In this document: positions 1 to 10,604 of the stretch, in pieces
Layout of the letters: every line of letters begins with the position of its first letter
Position numbering within the stretch: the stretch's first letter is position 1
NCBI GenBank assembly: GCA_963760735.1
Contig: CAVXEB010000007.1
Span: 149,600-213,599 of the forward strand
Origin: an uncultured Chloroflexia bacterium
Lineage (GTDB): Bacteria; Chloroflexota; Limnocylindria; Limnocylindrales; CSP1-4
DNA length: 64,000 nt
Direction: 5' to 3'
The notes under the pieces: model-generated
Databases searched by the model: none
Told to the model about the DNA's origin: nothing
Seen by the model: only the letters and a program-made list of their open reading frames with translations
Program-made: the position numbers and the translations under genes

Positions 1-974
1 CCGCAGCGGCGGATTGACGCGCAACGACGAGGCATAGGGCGAGGCCGCCAGCGCCGAACCTCCGTCGGCCCACGGGTCACCCGTGCCGTCCCACGACCAG
101 CGGCGCGCGCCCGCGAGCCACTCGTCGGAGAGCGCCAGGTGATGGGGCGTCACGTCGCTGCTGACCGGCAGCCCGGCCGCCTTCGCGCGGCGGATGAGAT
201 CCAGCGCGCCGGCCGTCGAGCAGTGCGTCACGTGGAGCCTGGCGGTCGGCACGTCGCGAACGACGTCACGGAGGAGGGCGAGATCGCGGGCGACGGCCGC
301 CTCCTCTGCCGCCGCGGGCCAGCCGCGCAGCCCGAGGACCGTCGCGACGTATCCGTCGTTCGCCTCTGCCCCGACCGTCAGCGCCGGATCCTCGGCGTGC
401 TCGACGATCGGCAGCCCGAGAGCGCCCGCGTACGCCAGGGCGTTCCGCATCAGGGCCGGCGACGCGACCGGAGCCCCATCGTCGCTGAACCCGGCGACGC
501 CCGCATCGGCCAGCTCCCCGAGGGCCGCGAGCGTCTCCCCGGATCGCCCCGCGGAGATCGCGCCCCAGGCCACTGCCCGGACCGGAGAGCCGGAGGCCGC
601 TGCCGCCGCGGCGAGGCGTTCGAACCCGGCCGGATCGTCGAGGACCGGCGTGGTGTTCGGCATCGCACAGACGGTGGTGAACCCGCCGTGGGCGGCCGCC
701 GCGAGTCCCGTGGCGATCGTCTCGGCGTCCTCGTTGCCCGGCTCTCGCAGGTGGACGTGGAGGTCGACGAAGCCCGGCGCGACCACGACCCCGCGATCGT
801 CGACCCCGTTGGCCTCGTCCGCGTCGAGCCAGGTGACGGCGGCCAGGATCCCGTCCGACACGACGATCTCTCCCGGTCCCTCCCGTCCCGACGCGGGGTC
901 GACGAGCCACGCTCGCGAGATCTCCAGGTCGGCCACGAGGCGCCCGACCTCGCCGTCCGCGGGCGCAACCGCAC

Positions 975-978
<4 letters not shown>
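1..978 (-). CDS. pyrC: dihydroorotase, N-terminal part (gene continues beyond window start)
   Basis: Manual minus-strand translation downstream of the pyrB stop gives ...LEISRAWLVDPASGREGPGEIVVSDGILAAVTWLD...APGFVDLHVHLREPG.... This contains the DxHVHLREPG metal-binding signature of dihydroorotases. GTG at 978-976 overlaps the pyrB stop (GTGA). Absent from the ORF track because the ORF runs off the window edge. pyrR-pyrB-pyrC synteny is typical of actinobacteria. Confidence 0.8.
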
Positions 979-2608
<1,630 letters not shown>

Positions 2609-2611
2609 TCA

Positions 2612-2648
2612 GTGCGGCCTCACGGGGCCGTCGAAAGGGTTGGTGCGA
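2612..2648 (-). promoter_or_regulatory. candidate PyrR-binding RNA loop (attenuator/translational operator) in pyrR leader
   Basis: Minus-strand transcript reads ...CCCUUUCGACGGCCCCGUGAGGCCGCAC.... The GCCCCGUGAGGCC core matches the PyrR binding-loop consensus ARUCCNGNGAGGYU at 11 of 13 positions. It sits immediately upstream of the pyrR start. Confidence 0.45.
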
Positions 2649-2799
2649 AGCATACTCAAAGGCTGTCGCGCCCGGACGACGCTGGACTTCGTTGGCGATT
2701 GCGGTCCTCGCTCACGCACCTGAAGTGCGCTCGCTCCGGTCCTCCTCGCCGCCTCGCCCACGCGCGACGAACGCAGTCGGGCCGGCATTCAGGGCGGGG

Positions 2800-3381
2800 T
2801 CAGTAGACCGAGACCGTCACCCAGGCCGTGCCCGAGTACGACGGGCAGCCGCAGATGTCGAAGAAGTCGGGTGTGTACATGTCGATCACGCGGTTCTTCG
2901 CTGAGACGGACGGGCCGTAGTCCGTGACCGTGCGCTCGATACAGCCGCCACGGCCGCAGATGATGATCGTGGTGCCCCGCGGAAGGCGCATCGCGGTCGT
3001 GCCGTGGCCGTAGAAGGTGGCATAGCCGCTGACCTTGTAACGCGGCGGCTTCTGGGCCGATCCGCTGTGGGCCCCGGGCAGCGTGACCATGGGCCGCTTG
3101 ACGCGCGGCGCCGGCTTGCCGGAGCCGGGCTCGGTGAAGACCGTCGATCCGTCGATCCGGCCGGCCGAGGCGTACAGCGAATCGAACGACTCGACGGACT
3201 GTTCCGCCGTTGCGAACGCGGGCACTTGAACCGACTGGAAGGCTGCCGGGTCGGCGACGGAGGCGGGCGTTGGCCCGGCCGATCCGGCGATCCCCGGCAA
3301 CGCGACCAGGGCGAGTGCGGCGGTGAGCGCCGCTCCCGCCACCATCCTGGTGGGTCGCACGATCGGCGCACGATACCGCAA
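2800..3381 (-). CDS. secreted RlpA-like double-psi beta-barrel (DPBB) domain protein
   Basis: N-terminal signal peptide (AGAALTAALALVALPGIAGSAG). C-terminal ...YKVSGYATFYGHG...CIERTVTDYGPSV...VIDMYTPDFFDICG... resembles RlpA/expansin-like DPBB domains. Confidence 0.7.
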   Translation of the reverse strand: MRYRAPIVRPTRMVAGAALTAALALVALPGIAGSAGPTPASVADPAAFQSVQVPAFATAEQSVESFDSLYASAGRIDGSTVFTEPGSGKPAPRVKRPMVTLPGAHSGSAQKPPRYKVSGYATFYGHGTTAMRLPRGTTIIICGRGGCIERTVTDYGPSVSAKNRVIDMYTPDFFDICGCPSYSGTAWVTVSVY

Positions 3382-3429
3382 ATGCCGTATCCGTGGACGG
3401 GTCGTATCGCGTCCACGAGGACGGCGTGA

Positions 3430-5316
3430 TCAGCGGATGACGAGGACCTTGTCGGGGAGCGTCTCGATCTTGCCCACGCCCTGCTCCGTCCAGGCGAGGA
3501 CGAGGATCCGGCCCGTTCCCGAGCCATCCTCGGCGGGCTCGGCCCAGACCAGCTTTCCGTCCGAGATCGAGAAGCCCGTCGTTGCGCGCCTCGCGTCGAG
3601 GAGCGGCTTCTTGAGGTCGACCCGCCCATTGAACGGATCGACATCGTAGAGGCTGAGCGCGCCGACGTTCGGATCCTTCGGGTCGGCGATCCAGACGGCG
3701 AGCTTCGTGCCGCTCGCGTCCCAGCGGGCATCCCAGTCGCTCAGCCGGCCGTGGGCGATGGTCGTCTCGTGGCGTTCCGACCCCTGATCGCCGGTGAGCG
3801 GCGTGGCCGCCGGCGCATCGCTGCCCTCTGCGTCGGCCGCGACCCAATCGCCGATGACGAGCCGGCCATCGTCGGGAAGGTCGACCGGAGCGTCCCCGGA
3901 TCGCCGAAGCGAGCCGGTCCAGTACACGGCGCGGCGACCGGACGGGTCGACGGACGGGCGCCAGGCACTGCCCGTCTGGGGCAGGGCGACCTGCGTGCCG
4001 GTGGCGGGATCGAGGAGGAAGGACTGCCCGGTCCGACCGGTGGCAGGTGACGCGGCCGGGACCTCGGTCGCGTCGACGACCGAGCTGCCGACCATCGTGT
4101 CGTTCGCGAGCCACGACCCGAAGGTGGACCGGTGATCCGTCGTGATCGCGCGGGCCTCCGGCTCGCCGACCTTCCAGACATAGATGTCGGGGCCGCCCGA
4201 TCCATCGGACGGTCGGGCGGTGAAGGCGAACCAGTCGCCGTTCCGCGAATACGCCGCGGACTGGCCGACGAGGACGACGTCCTGGGCGATCTCGATCGCG
4301 CCACCCGGCGTCGGGGACGGCGTGATCGCGACCGACTGGGTCGGCGTCGCCGAGGGGGTGGGCTCGGCCGATGGCGGGGTGCTCGACCCGGCCGGCGTGG
4401 GCGTGGGGGTCGGCGACGGCTTCGAGCTCGCCGCTTCGCCGGACGGCGTCGGGGTCTTCGACGGGGGTGCCGCACTTGCCGTCGTCGCGGGGGTCTCGGA
4501 CGGCGCGACCGTCGCGGACGCCGGCGGCGTTGCCGCGGCGGACTCGCGCGGCGTTGCGGACGGAGTCGGCTTGGGTGCGATGGCGACGACCGAGATCGAC
4601 GCGGGCTGGCTCACGTCGGCTCCGTTGACGACGATCAGCCGCTTGCCGCCCTGATCCCCGAAGACGGTCTGTGGGGTCGTGGTGAGGTCGAGGTGCTGAT
4701 CCTGGACGGGCGCGTTCGCGTCGCATGGCTCGTTGTCGTTGGGGCAGACGGACCGGACGTCGGCCTCGTTCAGCCGGTAGTTGCCGTTCGCGTCGCGACT
4801 GATCCACTGCACGTGCTGGCCCACCGGGATCGGCGTGGCGAAGGCGATATCCGACGCGGCAGGCCCGCTCGCCCCGGCCGCGGTCCCGCCATCCGGTTGC
4901 GCTGTCGGGCCGCCGTCGACGAGAAGCCGGGAGGAGGTCAGCGTCCCGACGACGACGGCCACGACGAGCGCCGCGGCAAACAGGGGAGCCCAGGCGAGCC
5001 GCCGGCGGCGACTGCCACCGGTGACGCCGCGCTGGTCGCGGAAGCGGGATTCATGTTCAATCGCGGCCGCCGTCCGGGCCCACAGGTCACGGGGCGGGGT
5101 CGGCGGCTGGTCGCGCATCGCGCGAAGCTCGGTGTGCTGGGCCTCGTAGGCGACGGCCGTCGCGCGACACTCGGCGCACGCGTTGAGATGTCCGTCGAGC
5201 CAGGCCGCCTCGCCCGGATCGATCACGCCGTCGAGCCGGTCCGACAGGGCGGCCTGGGCGCGGGCGTGCTTCGTCGACCAGTCGTCCGGCCGTCGCGCCC
5301 GTCGCCGGAAGCTCAT
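3430..5316 (-). CDS. transmembrane anti-sigma factor (ZAS-type zinc-binding N-domain, extracytoplasmic beta-propeller-like C-domain)
   Basis: True start MSFRRRARRPDDW... (ATG 5316-5314) overlaps the sigma-factor stop (ATGA). HLNACAECR = HxxxCxxC zinc-binding anti-sigma motif. Single TM segment (LAWAPLFAAALVVAVVVGTL), Pro/Thr-rich linker, C-terminal TolB/PD40-like repeats. The ORF-track 850-aa ORF is a 5' over-extension in another frame than the sigma gene. Confidence 0.8.
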   Translation of the reverse strand: MSFRRRARRPDDWSTKHARAQAALSDRLDGVIDPGEAAWLDGHLNACAECRATAVAYEAQHTELRAMRDQPPTPPRDLWARTAAAIEHESRFRDQRGVTGGSRRRRLAWAPLFAAALVVAVVVGTLTSSRLLVDGGPTAQPDGGTAAGASGPAASDIAFATPIPVGQHVQWISRDANGNYRLNEADVRSVCPNDNEPCDANAPVQDQHLDLTTTPQTVFGDQGGKRLIVVNGADVSQPASISVVAIAPKPTPSATPRESAAATPPASATVAPSETPATTASAAPPSKTPTPSGEAASSKPSPTPTPTPAGSSTPPSAEPTPSATPTQSVAITPSPTPGGAIEIAQDVVLVGQSAAYSRNGDWFAFTARPSDGSGGPDIYVWKVGEPEARAITTDHRSTFGSWLANDTMVGSSVVDATEVPAASPATGRTGQSFLLDPATGTQVALPQTGSAWRPSVDPSGRRAVYWTGSLRRSGDAPVDLPDDGRLVIGDWVAADAEGSDAPAATPLTGDQGSERHETTIAHGRLSDWDARWDASGTKLAVWIADPKDPNVGALSLYDVDPFNGRVDLKKPLLDARRATTGFSISDGKLVWAEPAEDGSGTGRILVLAWTEQGVGKIETLPDKVLVIR

Positions 5317-5966
5317 CGGGCACCCCGCGATGGATGGTTGGTGGCCGCTCGGGCCGCCTCCGCCTCGGATTCGGCAGCGGCCTCGGCGTCGCGCTCGGCC
5401 GCGAGCGCCTGCCGGAGGCTCTCGCGGGCCCGGGTCAGGAGCGCCCGAGCCGCGACGTGGCTCACGCCCAGGGCCGCGGCAAGCTCGAGGCCGGTGAGGT
5501 CGTGGAGCTCGGCCAGGAGGAGTGCGGCACGCTGGCGCTCGGGGATCCGCTCGAGGGCCCGCTGCATGTCCGAGGAGAGGTGGGCGTCCATCACCAGCCG
5601 CTCGGTCGAGGGGGCGGCGCCGCGGCTCTCGCCGGTCCATGGCAGGAATCGCACGATCTTCTGGCGCCGGATGTGATCGAGGGCGACCCGGTGCGCGATC
5701 TGGTAGAGCCAGGCCCTGGCGTTCTCCGGCTTCTCGAGCGTGTCGTAGTTGCGATACGCCTTCACGAACGCGTCCTGGGTGAGGTCGGCGGCGAGCTCCG
5801 GATCCCGCAGCATCCGGATCAGGTAGGCGTAGATCTCGCCGTGGTGGGCTGCGAACAGCTCCTCGACGAAGCCCGCGGCGGCATCGTGCTCCCAGGCGCC
5901 GCTCATGGCTGCGCCCCGACCGAAACCGCGGGTCGTGCCGATCCGGCTGTCGAGCGCGCCGACCAT
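5313..5966 (-). CDS. ECF (sigma-70 family) RNA polymerase sigma factor
   Basis: Regions 2 and 4 recognisable (DLTQDAFVKAYRNYD..., ...LTGLELAAALGVSHVAARALLTRARESLRQAL HTH). GGAGG 6 nt upstream of ATG 5966. Alternative start at 5906. Coupled to the anti-sigma gene. Confidence 0.85.
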   Translation of the reverse strand: MVGALDSRIGTTRGFGRGAAMSGAWEHDAAAGFVEELFAAHHGEIYAYLIRMLRDPELAADLTQDAFVKAYRNYDTLEKPENARAWLYQIAHRVALDHIRRQKIVRFLPWTGESRGAAPSTERLVMDAHLSSDMQRALERIPERQRAALLLAELHDLTGLELAAALGVSHVAARALLTRARESLRQALAAERDAEAAAESEAEAARAATNHPSRGAR

Positions 5967-6087
5967 GCAGCCTCCGATTCACGCGAGGATGGGATCGGAG
6001 CGCGGGAAAGTGGGCACGCGCTCCTGGTCCCTGTGACGCGAGGCTCTCGACCGGTGTGACGCCGCCCCCCTTCCGGCGTTGCTCCCA

Positions 6088-7095
6088 TCAGCCGGTCGCC
6101 TCGACGGCGCCCGCCCCCGCCCGTCGCGTGCGCGCGAGCAGCTCCTCCACGGCATCCTCGGGCGACACCGGGTTCACCGGCAACCCGGTCCCGAGCTCCA
6201 GCCCCGCGATCTCGCGAAGGCGGGGATGGATCTCCCAGTGCCAGTGATACGTGGCGTCGACCTGCTCGCGCAGCGGGGAGGTGTGGAGAACGAGGTTGTA
6301 CGGCGGACCGTCCAGCGTGATGGCAAGGGCGCCGAGCACCTGACGAAGGGCCTCGCCGGCCGCTGCGACGTCCGCATCGCCGGCCCGGCCGAAGTCCGCC
6401 TCGTGGCGGCGCGGGACGACCCAGACCTCGAACGGCGACCGCGAGGCGAACGGCGCGAACGCGACGGTGTCGGTGTCCTGCCAGATCAGCCGGTCGGGTC
6501 GGATCGCCTCGGTGCGGACGAGGCGACACCACGGGCACTCGCCTTCCCGGATCACGAACCGGGCCGCGCCTCCGAGCTCCTCGGCGATCCGGTGCGGGAT
6601 CTGGGGCAGGTCGTACAGGTCGAGGCAGAGATGGTTCGTCCGCGCCCCGGCCTGGGCACCCCAGTTCTGGACGACCTGGAGGTGGTCGGTCTGGCCGAGC
6701 CGGCGCGCGTCCGACAGCGCGCCACGGGCCGCCGATAGCAGCGACACGATCGTCTCCGAGCCGACGGCGTGGAGCGCCCGATGCTCGCCCGGTGGGGCGA
6801 CGATCGTTCGCCAGCTGCCGCTGGCCCGCGCGTCGCCGAGCGACACCTGGGCGACGCTCGCCTCGAGCTCGCGGGCCTGCTCGCCCGTCCCGATCACGTG
6901 GAAGGCGTAGTCCTTGAGCGTCCGGAGGCGGATGCCGTCACCCGCGGGCAGGCGGCAGTTCTGGCAGTCCCCGCCGTCGTCGATCGGCTCTGCCGCACGA
7001 GCGAACCGGTCGCGATCGAAGGCGCGGTCCACGACCGTCGCGACCCACCAGCCCGTGATCGCGTCCTTGCGGAGCTCGAAGAGGCCCGCGGCCAC
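6088..7095 (-). CDS. GalT-like HIT-superfamily nucleotidyltransferase (galactose-1-phosphate uridylyltransferase family)
   Basis: FELRKDAITGWWV... N-terminus, CPWC zinc-knuckle-like motif and HWHWEIHPR histidine motif are reminiscent of GalT/ADP-glucose phosphorylase. GTG start at 7095 directly abuts the lipB stop (7097), which avoids the 65-nt overlap the ATG at 7161 would imply. Confidence 0.55.
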   Translation of the reverse strand: MAAGLFELRKDAITGWWVATVVDRAFDRDRFARAAEPIDDGGDCQNCRLPAGDGIRLRTLKDYAFHVIGTGEQARELEASVAQVSLGDARASGSWRTIVAPPGEHRALHAVGSETIVSLLSAARGALSDARRLGQTDHLQVVQNWGAQAGARTNHLCLDLYDLPQIPHRIAEELGGAARFVIREGECPWCRLVRTEAIRPDRLIWQDTDTVAFAPFASRSPFEVWVVPRRHEADFGRAGDADVAAAGEALRQVLGALAITLDGPPYNLVLHTSPLREQVDATYHWHWEIHPRLREIAGLELGTGLPVNPVSPEDAVEELLARTRRAGAGAVEATG

Positions 7096-7096
7096 G

Positions 7097-7921
7097 TCAG
7101 CGCGTCCCGGCGAGGGACGGCATCGCGGCAGGCCGCTCGATCGGGACGCTCGCGGCCGCAAGGTCCGTGTCGTCGACGCGGACGTCGACGTCGATCGCCG
7201 CCGCGAACGCCCGGGCGAAGACCCGGCCGGCGTGCTCGACGGCCGCCGTCGAGGGCTGCTCCGTGGGCCGGCCTGCCTCGATCGCGATCGACGTCGACAC
7301 GACGCCGGGCATCCCGCAGGCCTCGATCAGATCGAAGTCGGCCAGGTCCGGATCGACGTTGAGGGCGATGCCGTGATAGCTGACGCCGCGCTCGACCCGG
7401 ATCCCGAGGGCACCGATCTTCCGGGGCCGTGGGCCGTCCGCCTCGATCCAGCAGCCTGGATGACCGTCGCGTCGCGTCGCGGCCACGCCGAACGACCCAC
7501 AGGTCTCGACCATTGCGGCCTCCAGCGCTCGGACGAACGGCCGGAGCATCAACCCCCGCCGGGACAGGGCGATGATCGGATACGCGACGAGCTGGCCCGG
7601 GCCGTGGTAGGTGACCTCGCCGCCACGCTCGACCCGGATGACGTCGATCCGGCGCGCCTCGAGCTCGGCGGCCGAGGCGAGGACGTGCGTCTCGTCCGCC
7701 TGACGGCCCAGGGTCAGGACGCGCTCGTGCTCGACCAGGAGCAGGCGATCGCCGATCTCGCCGCGGGCGCGGGCAGCCGCCAGCTCCTTCTGGAGCATCC
7801 AGGCCAGGCGATAGGCGCTCCGCCCGAGCCAGACCACGGTCAGCGGACCGGTCTCCGGCGTGTCGATCGGGGCGGCCGAGCCTACCGCCGGCGGAGCGTC
7901 GACCAGGAGGGGTTCATCCAC
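7097..7921 (-). CDS. lipB: lipoyl(octanoyl) transferase
   Basis: LLLVEHERVLTLGR...RGGEVTYHGPGQLVAYPII...KIGALGIRVERGVSYHGIALNV matches LipB catalytic motifs. Start uncertain: GTG at 7921 chosen. The ORF-track 606-aa version has an implausible Arg-rich 5' extension. Confidence 0.8.
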   Translation of the reverse strand: MDEPLLVDAPPAVGSAAPIDTPETGPLTVVWLGRSAYRLAWMLQKELAAARARGEIGDRLLLVEHERVLTLGRQADETHVLASAAELEARRIDVIRVERGGEVTYHGPGQLVAYPIIALSRRGLMLRPFVRALEAAMVETCGSFGVAATRRDGHPGCWIEADGPRPRKIGALGIRVERGVSYHGIALNVDPDLADFDLIEACGMPGVVSTSIAIEAGRPTEQPSTAAVEHAGRVFARAFAAAIDVDVRVDDTDLAAASVPIERPAAMPSLAGTR

Positions 7922-7998
7922 CCGGGCACGATAGCAAACGACCCGCTCCTGGCCCTCTCGAGGGAGCCGCCGACGTCTCCTCGCCGATCGCGGTCGGG

Positions 7999-8805
7999 TC
8001 AGGCCGGTGCCCGGATCCGGTTGGACCGGTCGTTGACGCCGGACACGTCGATCCGGAGGGTGATCGCGGTCGGCGTACCGTCGACGTCCCACGTTCCGTC
8101 CACATCGAGAGCGACGAGGTAGCCGCCCGCGGCGGCCAGCCAGATGTCCGCCGCGCCCGTCGTGAGCCCTGCCGCAGCCGCGTCGGCACTCGCCGAATCG
8201 ACGCGATAGTGACGGCTGGCGATCCCGTTCCTCCGCCCGGAGCCGGCCGGAACGATCGCGCTCGACAGCCCCTCGAACCCACCGGCGAGGTCGATCGGCG
8301 ACAGGGTCGTGAAGGCCGCGTCGAAGTCGGCCGCGCCGCCCGGGCTCTTCATCCATCGACCGGCCCCGGCCTTGAGCCAGGCCTCGTCGCCGATCACGAC
8401 GGCCTGCAGCCTTCCGCCCTCGAGCCCGTCGACGCCGATCATCGTGAACTCCGCGGCCGGGGCATCGCCCTGGACGAGCGTGGAGGTCATCGTCACGCGG
8501 CCGTCGGTCGACGAGGCCGGCACGAGCCCGGTGCTGACGACCGAGACCCGATAGGAGCCCAGGTCGGCGAGGGCGTTCGCCGCATCGAGGATGTCGGGAC
8601 CCTCGCCGGACGTGGGCGGCCGCGGGGTCGGCACCTCGTCGGGCTCCTCGAGGAGCGACGGCAGTGGCTCCGGGGTCCGGCTCAGCCGGCTCGGCTGTGG
8701 GGTGACGGTGGCCACCATCAGGTCGCAGCCGGACAGCGTGGCAACGGTGAAGGCGACGAGGAAGAGCCCGATCGGGCGGACGGCGATCGAGGGCGAGCGA
8801 CCCAA
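7999..8805 (-). CDS. lipoprotein (LppX/LprG-like?), start uncertain
   Basis: Candidate TTG start gives MGRSPSIAVRPIGLFLVAFTVATLSGC, a signal peptide with lipobox LSGC. No in-frame ATG lies before the hydrophobic region. The annotated M at 9246 would overlap the divergent neighbour. Confidence 0.5.
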   Translation of the reverse strand: MGRSPSIAVRPIGLFLVAFTVATLSGCDLMVATVTPQPSRLSRTPEPLPSLLEEPDEVPTPRPPTSGEGPDILDAANALADLGSYRVSVVSTGLVPASSTDGRVTMTSTLVQGDAPAAEFTMIGVDGLEGGRLQAVVIGDEAWLKAGAGRWMKSPGGAADFDAAFTTLSPIDLAGGFEGLSSAIVPAGSGRRNGIASRHYRVDSASADAAAAGLTTGAADIWLAAAGGYLVALDVDGTWDVDGTPTAITLRIDVSGVNDRSNRIRAPA

Positions 8806-9028
8806 GCGGGGAACCTCGGGCGGCGCGAGAACCCCGCGAGGATAGCAGCGGCCGCGGCCGCGAACGGCCCGCGCGGGCCACGCGCGGGCCAGCCAATGTC
8901 GTCGCGCCCGGACGCACCCCGAACCGGGTGCCCGCAGGGTGGACGTTCGGCGTCGTGTGCGGTCAACTCGCCTCGACGTCGCGCGTCTTCGCGCGTCCGT
9001 CACGTCCCGACCACCGCGAGGGGGCACG

Positions 9029-10486
9029 ATGTCGTTCGTCCGATCCGCCGCCGTTGTCGTCCTCGCGCTCGTCATCGCCGCCTGCTCGTCGATCACGAGC
9101 ACGGGCGCGGGCGGGCAGCTGGAGGGGACGCAGTGGGTGCTGCGGGCGTACGCCGACGCCGGGTCGCTGAAGATCGTCCCGGAGACCGTCTTCGCGGACG
9201 CGAAGTTCCAGGGCCACCAGGTCACCGGCCAGTCCGGCTGCAACACCTATCGCGCGCTCTATCAGTCGAGCGGTCGGACCCTCCTGGTCTCCCAGGCCTC
9301 GGCGACGCTCATGGCGTGTGACGAGGCGTCGATGACGTTCGAGCAGACCTATCTGGCGCTGCTCCAGAGCAGCCGGTTCTACGGGGTCGAGCGCGACACC
9401 CTGACGATCTACGACGGGATCGGGTCGGCGAGCCTCGTCTTCGACGCGGCTCCGAAGAATCCGCTGCTCGGACGCTGGGACGTCGACTCGTACCTGGTCC
9501 CGCCGTCCACGATCACGGCGGTGCTTCCCGACACGACGGTCGACGTCGTCTTCGGAATCGCCAGCGTCGGCGGGTCGGCCGGCTGCAACGACTTCACCGG
9601 CACCTACGGGACGAACGGGAACGTCGTGCGGATCAGCCAGCTCGCGACCACCCGGAAGGCGTGCCCCGAGGACGTGATGAACCAGGAGACGGCGTTCCTC
9701 GCCGCCCTCCAGGGCGCGGCGCTCATCGACTACCGGGGTAACCAGGTCAACCTCCAGGACCTCCGGCGCGACCTCACCGTGGCGCTGATCCGGCCGGCCG
9801 CGGAGGCCGCGGCGTCGGCGAGCCCGTCCGCGAGCCAGGCGCCCGCGGCCAGCGCGACGGCGCGCCCGAGTGCCTCCCCGACTCCGTCCCCGACGCCGAC
9901 GAAGGCGCCGACGCCGAAGCCCAGCGCGACCCCGACGAAGGCGCCGACGCCGTCGGTCCCGGTCGAGCCGTCGGCCCGGCCGTCGGCCTCGATCCCGGTC
10001 ATCCCGCCGACGACGACCTGCAACCTGGCCGCCGGCACCGCCACTGTCGCCACGATCGTCTACCCGGGCGACTGGTTTACCGTGACGACGCCGGCCAATC
10101 TCGCGTGCCAGTACTTCTCCCCGGATCCGATCACGGTCCCGTCGGACCCGTCGACGCTCCAGACCCCGGTCATGGCGTCCGTCTCGTCGACGCCGTACGC
10201 CGACGCGATCGCCGCGGCGACGGACCCGACGAACTGGACCGTGACGCAGACCGGCAGCGCGAACTCGCCCAGCGGGACGACCTTCACGTGCATCGACGCG
10301 ACCGCCGTGACGGACGCGTCGGGGATCGCGGTGGGACAATCGCGTGGCTCGTGCCTGATCGACGTCGGGGCCGCGGGCACCGTGATCATCCAGACGATCG
10401 GCTCGGCCACCGACCCGACGTATGAGGCCTACAGCGCGGTGGTCCTGCTGATGACGCTGCAGTCGACGTTCACGCCGACCGCCTGA
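9029..10486 (+). CDS. lipoprotein with two HslJ-like META (DUF306) domains and Pro/Thr-rich linker
   Basis: Start MSFVRSAAVVVLALVIAACSS (lipobox IAAC). Two copies of the motif LEGTQWVL...GQSGCNTY...L.ACDE...E..YL.AL...Y....D.L....G. The same domain family occurs in the 45778-46884 gene. Confidence 0.75.
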   Translation: MSFVRSAAVVVLALVIAACSSITSTGAGGQLEGTQWVLRAYADAGSLKIVPETVFADAKFQGHQVTGQSGCNTYRALYQSSGRTLLVSQASATLMACDEASMTFEQTYLALLQSSRFYGVERDTLTIYDGIGSASLVFDAAPKNPLLGRWDVDSYLVPPSTITAVLPDTTVDVVFGIASVGGSAGCNDFTGTYGTNGNVVRISQLATTRKACPEDVMNQETAFLAALQGAALIDYRGNQVNLQDLRRDLTVALIRPAAEAAASASPSASQAPAASATARPSASPTPSPTPTKAPTPKPSATPTKAPTPSVPVEPSARPSASIPVIPPTTTCNLAAGTATVATIVYPGDWFTVTTPANLACQYFSPDPITVPSDPSTLQTPVMASVSSTPYADAIAAATDPTNWTVTQTGSANSPSGTTFTCIDATAVTDASGIAVGQSRGSCLIDVGAAGTVIIQTIGSATDPTYEAYSAVVLLMTLQSTFTPTA

Positions 10487-10604
10487 GGCCGGGGATGGCC
10501 GCCCGCGCCGCGAGGTGGCAAGGCGAACCGCCTAGTACGAATGCCGAAGCCGTCGCACTGGGGTCCCATGGTCGGGTCACCCATCGAGACGGCATCGTGT
10601 CGTC

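Noticed and set aside
2789-4807. 672-aa minus-strand ORF and other long ORFs (3741-4475, 4132-5676, 4184-4654) overlapping the anti-sigma gene
   Set aside because: Alternative frames of the 3430-5316 gene. Only that frame yields ZAS motif + TM + structured C-domain. The others are RG-rich.
5967-6087. ECF-type promoter (GGAAC-N16-GTT) upstream of the sigma factor gene
   Set aside because: A GGAAG ... GTC arrangement exists but with non-canonical spacing. The GGAGG RBS supports the start codon, but the promoter assignment is too weak to report.
8963-10339. 458-aa minus-strand ORF
   Set aside because: Antisense to the META-domain lipoprotein gene. Arg/Asp/Gly-rich with no motifs.
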